64,000 bases of DNA from Lachnospiraceae bacterium. Lineage in GTDB: Bacteria; Bacillota; Clostridia; Lachnospirales; Lachnospiraceae. The stretch is from positions 33,436 through 97,435 of the forward strand of contig JAZSEL010000119.1 of NCBI GenBank assembly GCA_045531685.1, given 5' to 3'. Position numbers and translations under genes: made by a program. This document shows, piece by piece, positions 1 through 11,167 of this stretch. Under the pieces are notes generated by a model, which was not told the origin of the DNA, searched no databases, and worked only from the letters and a program-made list of their open reading frames with translations. How positions within the stretch are numbered: the stretch's first letter is position 1; each line of letters starts with the position of its first letter.

Positions 1-131
1 TGTACAGAAGCTGGACAAGCTGCGCTAAAATTAACGGAATCGCCTGGGAAATAATATTTTTCCAGACCTTTCCCTTTGAAAAATCCGTTGCCATGTTTTT
101 CTACCTTTGTTTTTTTCTTTATATTAACACA

Positions 132-155
132 ATACCCTGCCATAAGGCAGGGTAT
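132..155 (-). terminator. Hairpin downstream of the 173..757 ORF (possible bidirectional terminator)
   Basis: ATACCCTGCC-ATAA-GGCAGGGTAT forms a perfect 10-bp stem 17 nt past the stop codon. The T-tract is weak on both strands. Confidence 0.35.
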
Positions 156-172
156 TTATCACTTGTTATTCA

Positions 173-757
173 TTATTCCGGTGCACTTACCGAAGCAACC
201 GTATCCGATACCGGTACTACCTCCGGTCCTGCAGCAAATGCTTCTGCATTGTCTGCTATCTCATGAGGGTCTGTCACTTCTTCCACCTCTTCTTCCTCTT
301 CCCAAAGAGAATCATACTCTTCTCTTTCCTTGGCAAGAGCCCCTATATTCTTGGCAGCCTGATACAATTCAAAGCTGTACTCCATCAGTTTCTTCTCATC
401 GTCTGCGGGAACAATACCACCCTTCATAATACGTCTGGCTACTTCCATAATCTTTGCCATATCCACCGCATATTCTTCCATGACCTCGCCCTGTTGCCTT
501 GCCACCTCCATATTGGCTGTGGCTGTCCACTGTTCCATAAGCTGCTCCATATAATTCCGATACTCATCCTGCTTTTCATTCACGGCATTTATGGTTAACT
601 CCAGAGTTGCCGCTTCCCCTGCATAAATGTTCTGTCCATCCGGTGTGGCATTCATCTTCTTTTCCAGTTCCTGCTTCTGTTTGGAAAGAATCACCTGTTG
701 CTCATGATAACTTTTTATCTGGGCACTGTAAATTTGCCTTGCTTCCGATATCTTCAT
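173..757 (-). CDS. Hypothetical coiled-coil protein with an acidic C-terminus
   Basis: 194-aa ORF in the window's dominant orientation. The + strand ORFs overlapping it are low-complexity. No family recognised. Confidence 0.5.
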   Translation of the reverse strand: MKISEARQIYSAQIKSYHEQQVILSKQKQELEKKMNATPDGQNIYAGEAATLELTINAVNEKQDEYRNYMEQLMEQWTATANMEVARQQGEVMEEYAVDMAKIMEVARRIMKGGIVPADDEKKLMEYSFELYQAAKNIGALAKEREEYDSLWEEEEEVEEVTDPHEIADNAEAFAAGPEVVPVSDTVASVSAPE

Positions 758-1041
758 TTTCTCACATCCTTTTGAGTTATTGGTACATCCGTGTACCTAA
801 TGTCTATATCGGTAAAAGCCTTGGATTTATTAAGGTTTCAGGGGATATATGCTGTCTTAAGGTGCGAAAATTCGTCAAAATGCCATATTGTATTACAATA
901 TCTTCCATGTTATTATTCTGATTATCGGAAGCATTCTTGTTTCCTACTTACCTTACAAAAGACAAATCTTTACTGACGAATCGTCAGTGATTTCAAAACA
1001 CTATTTTAGATATTGCAATTTTGCAAAACAACACTTAGTAA

Positions 1042-1410
1042 CTATTAACAACTCTTTATTCAGATCAGAAGAATCCTATTACACCGGGAGAAACTGTAAA
1101 TGACAAGACCATAATACTTGATCTATTCATTACACTTAACAACAATAAAAAAATCAATATTGAAATGCAGATCCTCAATGAAGGCGACTGGCCGGAACAC
1201 CCCGAATTCTATGCTCACTATGCGATAAAAAATATCATAAATAACAATATTTGTAATGACAATTTTATATCGCGTGCGATAGAATTAAATAACATTAAAC
1301 TTGCCACCGAGAAAGACCATAATTATGAAATTGATAAATGGGCTTCTCTCTTTAAGGCAACCACATGGGAAGATATCCGTATGATAGTCAATGATAATCC
1401 GACTTTACAT
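1042..1410 (+). pseudogene. Remnant of an Rpn-family / PD-(D/E)XK nuclease-type putative transposase, truncated at both ends
   Basis: The open frame from 1042 reads ...DKTIILDLFITLNNNKKINIEMQILNEGDWPE...IDKWASLFKATTWEDIRM, typical of the core and middle of this family. The N-terminal part is missing (stop at 1039-1041). The 3' end runs into the convergent oxidoreductase gene. Confidence 0.6.
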
Positions 1411-3645
1411 ATCCGCCTGCTTTCTAAGCTCAGCAAACCGTCTGTCCGTTTCTCTCTGCAACCGTTCTACTACATCCTTATAATCTTCTTTTAAAAGATG
1501 CTTGGTTCTTCCCATCATAGAAAGCCAGTCAGACACCGGAATCTTCTTATTCATCTTTTCCGGATCATAAGAAATCTTAGTTACTCCCTGTTCAATTTCA
1601 TAAAGAGGGAAATAGCAACAATTAACGGCAGCATCAATTACCTTACGCTCCGTTGCCGGTTTATCGTTCCAATTCAATGGACAGGCTGAAATTGCTTTTA
1701 CATAAGCAGTACCCGTTGTCTTGGCATAGTAAGCTGCCTTGGCTGCTTTTTTGATAAAATCAGCCGGATTTGATTCTGCCACGGTTGCCACATACGGAAT
1801 TCCCGTTGCCGCCATAATCTTCGGCATATCCTTGTGGAAAAATGTCTTTCCGTACTGTTCCTTTCCTACATGGGAGGTGGAGCTTTTGGCTCCTAACGGT
1901 GTGGAATAGGACAGCTGGTAGCCCGTGTTCATATAACCACCGTTGTCATATTCAAATATAAGCAGTCTGTGACCGCGAAGAGCTGTTCCCAATGCAGAAC
2001 CCATACCAATATCCATGCCACCGTCACCGCTGACCATGATAAAAATAATGTCTCCCGGCGGAATCTCACCCTTCTTCTGTTTGCGATAGCAAACTTCGGC
2101 AATACCACTTAAGGTAGCCGCACCATTCTGAAAGAGATTATGAATATATGGTACCTTAAAGCTGGTTCGTGGAAATCCCGTAGTTACAATCATGCCACAT
2201 CCGGTCTGGAAGAGGAAAACAACCGGGTCTTCAATTCCCTTTAACAATAAATTGATATTTACCGGGATACCACAACCCGGACATGCTCCGTGTCCCGGTG
2301 CCAGACGGTTTGGCATGGCTGTAACCGCATTCAGGTTACCACCGGACACCTTCATTAACGGACTCTTCTCCCCTTCTGTGCCTGTGCTTTCTACTGTAGT
2401 TGCCCCGATAGCGGTCCGCTCTCTGCTAAGCGTTTCAAACAAAGGATTTTCCAACTCTTCTTCCATGGTTCCGCATCCAGGTGTCACTCCGTAATATGCA
2501 AAATCCGGTTTGCTGCTATCCCCGGCCCAAAGCAACATCTCCTTGGCATCTTCTTTAAAAAAGTCTTTACCGCCAAGTCCGTAAATCAGACTCTTAATCT
2601 TTGCACTGCTGCCACTCTTTTGCATAGCAGCCCGGACTTCCATGGAAAGATTACCGCCACCGGCTCCGTAACTGTCCTGCCTGTCAGCAACCAGAATATT
2701 TTCTGCCTTTGATAAAAATCCGGCCAGTTCCTTTTCCGGAAACGGTCGAAGAACATGCAGGGTAACGGCTCCTGCTTTTACCCCTTCCTCACGCAATTCA
2801 TTTACCGCATCAATAGAAGTATCATAGGAAGAGCCAAGTAATACTAAAATATTTTCTGCATCCTCACAGTGCGTCCCTTCTACCTTCCCATATCCCCTTC
2901 CCGATAATTCTTGAAAGGAAGCAAATAACTCAGGTAACACCTTGCGTGCCTCTTCCATAGCCAGATGCAACTGATACCGGTTGTTAATCAAATCCGGCTC
3001 ATTCATATAGGAACCAATGGTAATCGGATGCTCCAAATCTAAGAATGGGTACTCTTCTTGTTTTTCCCCAATATAATTTCTTACCACCTCATCCTCTTCA
3101 AACCGGTAACAACGCCCCTTTTGATGGCTGGTAAAAAATCCGTCAAATGCTACCACCACCGGAAGTTTAACTCTCTCAGCCAGTTTCAAAGCAATAATGT
3201 TAAAATCGTATACCTGTTGCACTGTGCTTGCAAAAAGAATAGGCCAGCCTGCATTCAACAGATACATAATGTCACTGTGGTCCCCCTTGATTGACAGTGG
3301 TCCCGATACCGTCCGGCACACCACATTCATAACCATTGGTACCCTCGTGCCTGATTGCACCGGAAACTGCTCGATGGCATACAAAAGTCCATTGGCACTG
3401 GTAGCGTTTACCACTCGGCCACCGGCAGCTGCCGCACCATAACAGATTCCTGCTGCACTGTGCTCGCCCTCTGCTGCCACCATAACAAGGTCTGTTTCCC
3501 CGTTTGCCCGCATAATATCCAGATTTTCTGCAATCTGGGTGGAAGGTGTAATCGGATAGTACCCCATAAGGTCATAGCCAATCTGCTTAATGGCAATCGC
3601 TGCCATTTCATTTCCGGAAGCATATTCCAAAACCTGATTTTTCAT
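1405..3645 (-). CDS. 2-oxoacid:ferredoxin oxidoreductase, fused alpha (PorA-like) and beta (TPP-binding PorB-like) subunits
   Basis: 746 aa. The N-terminus GYYPITPSTQIAE is PorA-like. The C-terminal half has the Cys cluster CPGCG and the TPP motif GDGGMDIGMG...N. Its start overlaps the upstream stop (TAATG). Confidence 0.9.
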   Translation of the reverse strand: MKNQVLEYASGNEMAAIAIKQIGYDLMGYYPITPSTQIAENLDIMRANGETDLVMVAAEGEHSAAGICYGAAAAGGRVVNATSANGLLYAIEQFPVQSGTRVPMVMNVVCRTVSGPLSIKGDHSDIMYLLNAGWPILFASTVQQVYDFNIIALKLAERVKLPVVVAFDGFFTSHQKGRCYRFEEDEVVRNYIGEKQEEYPFLDLEHPITIGSYMNEPDLINNRYQLHLAMEEARKVLPELFASFQELSGRGYGKVEGTHCEDAENILVLLGSSYDTSIDAVNELREEGVKAGAVTLHVLRPFPEKELAGFLSKAENILVADRQDSYGAGGGNLSMEVRAAMQKSGSSAKIKSLIYGLGGKDFFKEDAKEMLLWAGDSSKPDFAYYGVTPGCGTMEEELENPLFETLSRERTAIGATTVESTGTEGEKSPLMKVSGGNLNAVTAMPNRLAPGHGACPGCGIPVNINLLLKGIEDPVVFLFQTGCGMIVTTGFPRTSFKVPYIHNLFQNGAATLSGIAEVCYRKQKKGEIPPGDIIFIMVSGDGGMDIGMGSALGTALRGHRLLIFEYDNGGYMNTGYQLSYSTPLGAKSSTSHVGKEQYGKTFFHKDMPKIMAATGIPYVATVAESNPADFIKKAAKAAYYAKTTGTAYVKAISACPLNWNDKPATERKVIDAAVNCCYFPLYEIEQGVTKISYDPEKMNKKIPVSDWLSMMGRTKHLLKEDYKDVVERLQRETDRRFAELRKQADM

Positions 3646-4826
3646 TATACCTCTCCTCCTTCCATTCTTTGCTCTGTCAAATACGACTCCGATGTAATGT
3701 AGCCGTCCGGTCCTGCTTCTTCATAATATTCCGGAGTCCTCAACAATTCCTGATTCGGTAAAAAATAGTCCTTCTCCGGATGTTCTGCCTCTACGCCTCT
3801 TACCAGTGCATTCACCGGGCAGACATCCACACAGCGCAGGCATCCTTTGCAATGATAATAATCCAATCCCTGATTTACCATCATTTCTCTGCCCTTATAT
3901 TCTCCTCTTTGAAATTGGAAAACCATATCCGGGCAGGTAGAATGACAAAGTCCGCAATTAATGCATCTTTCCTTAATGAAAATCGGGATGTAACCCTGAC
4001 GGGATGGAGATAAATCCGCCACTACCGAATTACCGAATTTAGGATTAATTCCGCCGATAGGGGAGTTTTCATACCCCCATTCGAAGGTGTTTGAACACTG
4101 ACATTCTCCCACTCCGTCTGCACATTGGCATTCCAATTCCATACCATCTTTTGTTTCCGGTATTTCTTCATCCACTTTACTACTTATCCCCAATGTAATT
4201 TGTTCTACCTCTTCATACCCTCTTCGCATTCCTTCCAGATTGCCCTGCAAAGCATCCGGATATTTTTTCCCAAGATTATCCCTGCATATCTTCTCCCCGG
4301 CTTCCAAATCCGTAAGTCCCATAATCTTTAATGCTGCTCCCAGCATAACTACATTAATTCTGGAGTGGGTTTCCATGGCAATCCTCTGTGCCTCCAACCC
4401 ATAACAGGCACCCATTCTGTCCGGTAATTTATAGTTTCCTATATGACTACTATCCTGTCCGGCCTCTAATGCCAGAATTACCGTCGTATTCTCCCCGCAT
4501 CCCTTCCATACCGCACCATCTTTTAGCAGAGCCTGATGAAAAATCACTAATAAATCCGGCTCAATTATTGGTGAATGCACTCGGATTTCCTTTTCTTTGC
4601 GACAATAGCGGATAAACCCTTTTACCGGTGTTCCCGTTTTTTCCGAACCGTAACTGGAAAAATTGGAACTGTTTAAATCAAGATATTTTACCCCCAACTC
4701 TCCCAACATTTTTCCGCATAAATTTGCACCCAAGCCACCGATGCTTTCCAGACGAACTTCATAATACTCTTTCCCGTTTTCTAATGTTTCCCGTAAGCCG
4801 GCATTTCTTTCTTTTTCCTGCTTCAT
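3645..4826 (-). CDS. 2-oxoacid:ferredoxin oxidoreductase, fused gamma subunit and delta (2x[4Fe-4S] ferredoxin) domain
   Basis: 393 aa. The N-terminal LESIGGLGANLCGKMLG is gamma-like. The C-terminus carries CINCGLCHSTCP and CKGCLRCVDVCP ferredoxin motifs. A Cys-rich linker reads ECQCADGVGECQC. Confidence 0.88.
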   Translation of the reverse strand: MKQEKERNAGLRETLENGKEYYEVRLESIGGLGANLCGKMLGELGVKYLDLNSSNFSSYGSEKTGTPVKGFIRYCRKEKEIRVHSPIIEPDLLVIFHQALLKDGAVWKGCGENTTVILALEAGQDSSHIGNYKLPDRMGACYGLEAQRIAMETHSRINVVMLGAALKIMGLTDLEAGEKICRDNLGKKYPDALQGNLEGMRRGYEEVEQITLGISSKVDEEIPETKDGMELECQCADGVGECQCSNTFEWGYENSPIGGINPKFGNSVVADLSPSRQGYIPIFIKERCINCGLCHSTCPDMVFQFQRGEYKGREMMVNQGLDYYHCKGCLRCVDVCPVNALVRGVEAEHPEKDYFLPNQELLRTPEYYEEAGPDGYITSESYLTEQRMEGGEV

Positions 4827-4887
4827 TTTGTTTCCCTTCTCTTACCAATTATTCTTCCCTTTTTCCGGTTTGCTTCTGCCAAATGTA

Positions 4888-5049
4888 TTATTCTTTTACC
4901 TCACTGAAATATTCCTTTCCTACAAAACAGAGCGGGCACTGAAAATCTTCCGGTAACTCCTCAAATTTAGTTCCCGGCTCGATTCCAAGCTCTGCATCCC
5001 CTATTGTTTCATCGTAAATCCATCCACATACATCACACACATACTTCAT
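4888..5049 (-). CDS. Rubredoxin (53 aa), not in the supplied ORF track
   Basis: Manual translation gives MKYVCDVCGWIYDETIGDAELGIEPGTKFEELPEDFQCPLCFVGKEYFSEVKE, with the two CxxC knuckles and the W/Y/F core of rubredoxins. An AAGGAG RBS lies upstream. Confidence 0.9.
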   Translation of the reverse strand: MKYVCDVCGWIYDETIGDAELGIEPGTKFEELPEDFQCPLCFVGKEYFSEVKE

Positions 5050-5118
5050 TTTTCTTCTCCTTTTCTTTTACCAAATTCTTTCTTAAACATTTATTTGTCT
5101 ACATCCTATTTTTCATTA

Positions 5119-6288
5119 CTATCGCTCCAGGTATTCTTTACACAATTCATTTGCAAGCAATTCCATCTGTACCAAGTTTTCCTCATTCATTGCCGATAAA
5201 ATCTTCACTGAATTTTCTGCAAAAGTCAGACCCTTACTTTTTTCCAACATTTCCCGCATCAATTTCACTGCAACGGGCATCCAACTTCCATTCTCAATAA
5301 GCGCCACCATGCGATTGCTGAAATTACGCTCAGTTAACCATTCAATATATTCCCTCATAAACGGGAAAATGCCCACATTGTACGTCGTGGTGGCCAGTAC
5401 CAGTTTGCTGTAACGGAATGCTTCTGCCACGGCTCTTGACATATCGCATCTTGCCAAATCCATTACAACCACATTTGGACATCCCATATCCAAAAGCTTT
5501 TTTTCCAAACACTTAACTGCTTTTTTGGTGTTCCCGTAAACAGAAGTATAGGCAATCAGTATTCCCTCTTCCTCCGGTTCATATTTTGACCAGGTATCAT
5601 ATGTCTTAATATACCTATCTACCTGCTCATCCAATACCGGTCCATGTAAGGGGCATATCTTCCTAATATCCTTTTCTGCTATTTTTCCAAGAACCTTCTG
5701 CACGGAAGCTCCATACTTTCCCACAATGCCGAAATAATAACGTCGTGCTTCGTCAATCCATGTCTCCTCTGCATGCAAGGCACCAAATTTACCAAAAGCA
5801 TCTGCGCTGAAGAACACCTTCTCCGTCCTGTCGTAGGTCATAATAACTTCAGGCCAATGAACCATAAGGGCTGTTACAAACTCCAATTCATGCTTTCCAA
5901 GAGAAAGCACATCTCCATCGGATACCACAAGACCCTTGTCCTCAAAATCCCTTCCAAAAAAATGTTTCATCATGGAAAAAGCTTTTGCTGAAGCAACTAA
6001 AGTCGTCTCCGGATACTTTTCAACAAAATTCATAATATTTGCCGAATGGTCCGGCTCCATATGCTGGATAATGAGATAATCCGGTTTTCTCTTCCCCAAT
6101 ACATTTTGAATGTTCCGTAGCCAAGGGACGGTAAATCCTGCATCTACCGTATCCATTACTGCAATCTTCTCATCTATAATAAGATAGGAATTGTAGGACA
6201 TTCCGTTCTCCACCGGATACATCCCCTCAAACAAATCTATGGTGTAGTCATCCACACCAATATATTTAATATCACTTGTAATTATCAT
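5119..6288 (-). CDS. Flavodiiron protein (FprA-type, metallo-beta-lactamase fold plus flavodoxin domain)
   Basis: 389 aa. It has the HMEPDHS diiron ligand motif and a C-terminal flavodoxin-like ILIAYTSVYGNT. Confidence 0.88.
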   Translation of the reverse strand: MIITSDIKYIGVDDYTIDLFEGMYPVENGMSYNSYLIIDEKIAVMDTVDAGFTVPWLRNIQNVLGKRKPDYLIIQHMEPDHSANIMNFVEKYPETTLVASAKAFSMMKHFFGRDFEDKGLVVSDGDVLSLGKHELEFVTALMVHWPEVIMTYDRTEKVFFSADAFGKFGALHAEETWIDEARRYYFGIVGKYGASVQKVLGKIAEKDIRKICPLHGPVLDEQVDRYIKTYDTWSKYEPEEEGILIAYTSVYGNTKKAVKCLEKKLLDMGCPNVVVMDLARCDMSRAVAEAFRYSKLVLATTTYNVGIFPFMREYIEWLTERNFSNRMVALIENGSWMPVAVKLMREMLEKSKGLTFAENSVKILSAMNEENLVQMELLANELCKEYLER

Positions 6289-6468
6289 TCACTCTTCCTC
6301 TTTTACCCATGCTTCCAAAGCATACCTTTTGATACTGTTTGCCGGTTCCTATAGTTTGTTCATTTTATGAAATATATGTTTTTCTTTGGAAAATTATTCC
6401 CCAAAAGCCGGGATCCCATGCACGCAAAATACTCTTTTTTTCAGAAACTTTCATACAGCCTTTTTTAC

Positions 6469-6506
6469 AAAAAAAATCCGTCCATTTCGTTAAAAATGGA
6501 CGAATT
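6469..6506 (-). terminator. Rho-independent terminator after the small membrane protein gene
   Basis: Minus strand TCGTCCATTT-TTAACG-AAATGGACGG followed by TTTTTTTT. Confidence 0.75.
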
Positions 6507-6516
6507 TTTCAAATCC

Positions 6517-6765
6517 TTATTTCTTACTTATTTTTCTATATATCAGGAACCCAATCCCTGCAAGGATAATTCCAACAATAATTGTTCCAAGAATCAATCC
6601 GTCTCCGACTTTACCGGCTATGAATACCGAAGTCGGTCCGTCTGCTCCACCAATAATGGATATGGCTACTGCTGCCTTTGTTTTCCAATGTATTCCTATT
6701 ACAGCCAATAGTATTCCCAAGACTGCTATAATAATGGTTATTGCTTTTTTCATACTGAATCGCAC
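6517..6765 (-). CDS. Small hydrophobic membrane protein (about 3 predicted TM segments)
   Basis: 82-aa ORF rich in G/I/L/A, with its own terminator. No family assigned. Confidence 0.55.
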   Translation of the reverse strand: MRFSMKKAITIIIAVLGILLAVIGIHWKTKAAVAISIIGGADGPTSVFIAGKVGDGLILGTIIVGIILAGIGFLIYRKISKK

Positions 6766-6964
6766 TCCTTTCGTAATAACCCCTTCTCCAAATAAACGAA
6801 TTCTTTTCTCATCGATTTGTGAATCTAAACCGTAAATGTCTTCAACAAAAGAACGGGATGGATAAATTCTCTTGTTGTAAAAATTGTCTTACCATAATGT
6901 CACTCCTTGTAGCAATATTATACCGCTGTGTCGGTATAATGTTCAATAATTATCTAAATTAACG

Positions 6965-6999
6965 CAAAAAATGCTCCGTAAATTTCTTTACGAAGCATT
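6965..6999 (-). terminator. Rho-independent terminator of gdhA
   Basis: Minus strand AATGCTTCGTAAA-GAA-ATTTACGGAGCATT followed by TTTTT. Confidence 0.75.
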
Positions 7000-7027
7000 C
7001 TTATTATTGAATAAATTCTATTCTAAT

Positions 7028-8386
<1,359 letters not shown>

Positions 8387-8581
8387 CTAAAAATAGTTTA
8401 CAAAATGAAACATGAACACATAGCAAAACCATTCTGCCATGCCGGACACTTTTATCCTTTTGTATTCTACATCAAACATTTTCTCAATGCAACACTTTTC
8501 TGCATTAAAGCTATAAAGAAATTGTATGCACCGATACATTTATACAAAATCTTGTATTTTATGCTACTATACTCCATATAT

Positions 8582-8612
8582 AAAAAAGACTGCCCATTCA
8601 AATGAGCAGTCT
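8582..8612 (-). terminator. Rho-independent terminator of the SH3 protein gene
   Basis: Minus strand GACTGCTCATT-TGA-ATGGGCAGTC followed by TTTTTT. Confidence 0.75.
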
Positions 8613-8617
8613 CATCA

Positions 8618-9922
8618 CTATTCTAAAAATTCAGATTTTACATAACCGGTTTTGCCGTCATATTTTACTTTTGTCCATCCGTCAGCCTGTTTCATAATTA
8701 CTTCCAACTCTTCTCCCGGATAGCATACTCCAAGCTTATCAGCTGATGTACTGGCAGATTTACGGATATTTACGGTATCTGTTACAGTAGCTGTCCCTGA
8801 TGTTGGCGAATTAGCCGCTGCTTCTTCTGCATCTTCATCATCTTCTACTACAACTACTTCCTCTTCTATCGGCTCTAAGAACTCTGTCTTAATATATGCC
8901 TCTTCTCCTTCAAACTCAATCTTGGACCAGCCGTTGGCTTTTTCTTCCAACAATTTATATTCTTTTCCAAGCTCAGCCTTTCCTACCTTATCGGCAGATA
9001 CACTGTCGGAGCTACGCACATTTACTACATCTGTTGTTCTTACTTTCTTAACAACAATCTGTGTTTCTTCTGACTCTTCTTCTGTTGATTCTTCCTCAGA
9101 AGCTTCTTCCGTTTCCACTGTTTCCTGTACTTCTGCTGCAGCTGCCGCATTGGCCTCTACCTCTAATTTAGCAAGTTCTTCTCCTACGGCTGCTGTAAGA
9201 ATGTCCGGTAATTCATCTAAAAATCTGCTCAGTTCCACATCGGCAGCCTTCACTTCATTATATTTAACCTGAACGGTATTTACCAAATCCACAACATCAT
9301 CCTGTGCCGAAATAATCTCACAGTAATCAATTATTTCTTCCGCCTGGGTCTCACCATTAATATAGTATGCTCCACTCTCATTTTTACAAACGAAAAGAGC
9401 ATTCATTCCCGGAGTCAGAGTGTCAAAATCGACCAATTTAACTTCGTAATAGGCATACACAATATGGGAATCCTCAAGAGGTCCCTTTTTGGTATAACAG
9501 ATTACTGTTGGATAGCTTTCCACATATTCACTCTTTTTGGCAATCTTAATCTGTTCTTTCTCATCCAGACCGGTAGCAATGGATAAAAGTGTATCGATAT
9601 CCCCGTCCGCCATGGCCTGATAATACTTTTTAACAATTGCATTTACTTCTGCGTAAGCATCTTCCTCCAACGGTTCATCCGGAACTACCAGCGTCTCTTC
9701 CTCCGTTGCAGTAACTGCTGTTGTGGTCTCGACAATAGCTGCCACTTCACTACTTGGTGCTTTCTGGCCTACCGTAACACTGACAATCACCGCTACAACA
9801 ACAAGGGCAATAAAAACAAAAATGGAAATGGCTATGGTCTTATTCTCTTTAATCAGTCCACCGATATCCTTACACCATTCTGTGAAGGAATGCAGCTTAT
9901 CCTTTATTTGTTTCTTATTCAA
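8618..9922 (-). CDS. Membrane-anchored protein with two C-terminal bacterial SH3 (SH3b) repeats
   Basis: 434 aa with an N-terminal TM helix. There are two similar repeats, (V)NVRSS.S..ADKVG....G.E......NGWSKI and TVNIRKSAS..ADKLG...GWTKVKYDGKTGYV. Acidic linkers separate them. The start codon is TTG. Confidence 0.8.
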   Translation of the reverse strand: MNKKQIKDKLHSFTEWCKDIGGLIKENKTIAISIFVFIALVVVAVIVSVTVGQKAPSSEVAAIVETTTAVTATEEETLVVPDEPLEEDAYAEVNAIVKKYYQAMADGDIDTLLSIATGLDEKEQIKIAKKSEYVESYPTVICYTKKGPLEDSHIVYAYYEVKLVDFDTLTPGMNALFVCKNESGAYYINGETQAEEIIDYCEIISAQDDVVDLVNTVQVKYNEVKAADVELSRFLDELPDILTAAVGEELAKLEVEANAAAAAEVQETVETEEASEEESTEEESEETQIVVKKVRTTDVVNVRSSDSVSADKVGKAELGKEYKLLEEKANGWSKIEFEGEEAYIKTEFLEPIEEEVVVVEDDEDAEEAAANSPTSGTATVTDTVNIRKSASTSADKLGVCYPGEELEVIMKQADGWTKVKYDGKTGYVKSEFLE

Positions 9923-9984
9923 AATAATAACCTTACCTTTCTAAATAAAACTTACTTTTCTTCAGAAAAAAGGCGTAACTCAAA

Positions 9985-10056
9985 TGCACCCGACAGGAAT
10001 CGAACCTGCATTAAAGGCGTCGGAGGCCTCCGTTCTATCCATTAGACTACAGGTGC
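9985..10056 (-). tRNA. tRNA-Arg (anticodon CCG)
   Basis: Minus strand GCACCTG-TA-...-GAGGC-CTCCGAC-GCCTT-...-GCAGG-TTCGATT-CCTGT-CGGGTGC-A. The acceptor has 7 bp, a T-loop TTCGATT is present, and the anticodon loop is CT-CCG-AC. No CCA is encoded. The D-stem pairing is imperfect. Confidence 0.85.
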
Positions 10057-10210
10057 AAATTATTACAAATTTGTTACGCCAGTGGTTATCATACCACATC
10101 TTTCGTATATTGTCTAGTAAACCACCTTTTCAAAATGTTGCCAGTAGCTGTCTACTATATAGTATATGCCGGGGAAAGCATTTACTTTCCCCGGTTTTAT
10201 GTTTTTCTGT

Positions 10211-11167
10211 TTATCTTTTGTATAGGGGAATGATATTCTCATTTTTGCCTGTTTCTCTCCGATAAGGAACCTGTGGCAAAAGAGTGACTTCTTTTGTAAG
10301 AGTTGTATAAAGATACGCGTGATTGGATAGTATTTCTTCTCTGTTAAGCTTTTCGTGATTGATTTCATCCACCATATGGGAAAGATGCTTCTCATCACTT
10401 GCATATTTCTTTGGCAAAATAATAATTTCATGAATGGAGCTTGGTAACATATAGTAATCTCCCTCTACTTCTTTTGCTATCAGCTCCAATTGCTCCGGAT
10501 AAAGCAGGCATCCCGCTCCGTACATTTTTCCTCTATTAGTTAAAACATACATTGGGAGTTTGGAAACCAGCAGTTCTGCCGGGTCATCATACAATTCTTT
10601 TAGGACTGTGGACATATTCAAAAAATCTGCCGGCATATGACGCATCATGTTTTCCATTGCATCCTTAAGAAACTGTACCTCTTCCACTTCCCACATTTTA
10701 AGATGCTCATTCCGGATAAGAATCGTTCCCTGCCCAATCCTGTCATCCATAATATTGCAGTAGCCCACAACTGCCAAATCCAGATAGCATTTATGGGGAA
10801 CCTCTTGCAATAACTGCCAGTTCATCTCATAGTTAATGAGTTTGAAGCCAAGATGCGGTTTTACCAATTCATACTTCTGGAAAAAATCTATGTCAAATTC
10901 TTCATAAATACAAGATTTTTCATATTCCTCCATAAATGTCCGAAGCACTTCATGAAACGGCATACCGTCTTCATATTTTTCAAAATAGTGCTCCAAATAT
11001 AAGGTAGGCATAATATTCCTGCCATCCTTCATAATAGTAATTCCCCTTAATAAAACCCCGTTAACTTTCTGGACACAATGTAATTTGACATGTGCGTCCT
11101 CTCCATATACTTTTTGTAGTTTTTCCTGCATCTGCGTGCAAAATGCATCATAAGACATGCTTCTCAT
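10211..11167 (-). CDS. Hypothetical protein (possibly DUF5688-like)
   Basis: 318-aa ORF with good coding character. The family assignment is from memory of the LPSSIHE-containing Lachnospiraceae proteins and is not verified. Confidence 0.6.
   Translation of the reverse strand: MRSMSYDAFCTQMQEKLQKVYGEDAHVKLHCVQKVNGVLLRGITIMKDGRNIMPTLYLEHYFEKYEDGMPFHEVLRTFMEEYEKSCIYEEFDIDFFQKYELVKPHLGFKLINYEMNWQLLQEVPHKCYLDLAVVGYCNIMDDRIGQGTILIRNEHLKMWEVEEVQFLKDAMENMMRHMPADFLNMSTVLKELYDDPAELLVSKLPMYVLTNRGKMYGAGCLLYPEQLELIAKEVEGDYYMLPSSIHEIIILPKKYASDEKHLSHMVDEINHEKLNREEILSNHAYLYTTLTKEVTLLPQVPYRRETGKNENIIPLYKR

Noticed and set aside
76-921. Plus-strand ORFs 76-429, 263-598 and 607-921 from the ORF track
   Set aside because: They are low-complexity, Leu/Phe/Pro/His-rich translations antisense to, or overlapping, the better minus-strand ORF. 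They have no RBS or recognisable motifs. The same applies to most short antisense ORFs listed throughout the track.
1165-1494. The 109-aa ORF as an intact gene
   Set aside because: Family homology starts upstream of its ATG, in a frame closed at 1039-1041. The ORF tail overlaps the convergent oxidoreductase gene. It is treated as a pseudogene remnant.
10114-10431. 105-aa minus-strand ORF overlapping the 3' end of the DUF5688-like gene and its terminator
   Set aside because: It is out of frame with the longer, better ORF, and it spans the CCGGGGAAAG hairpin and the tRNA promoter region.
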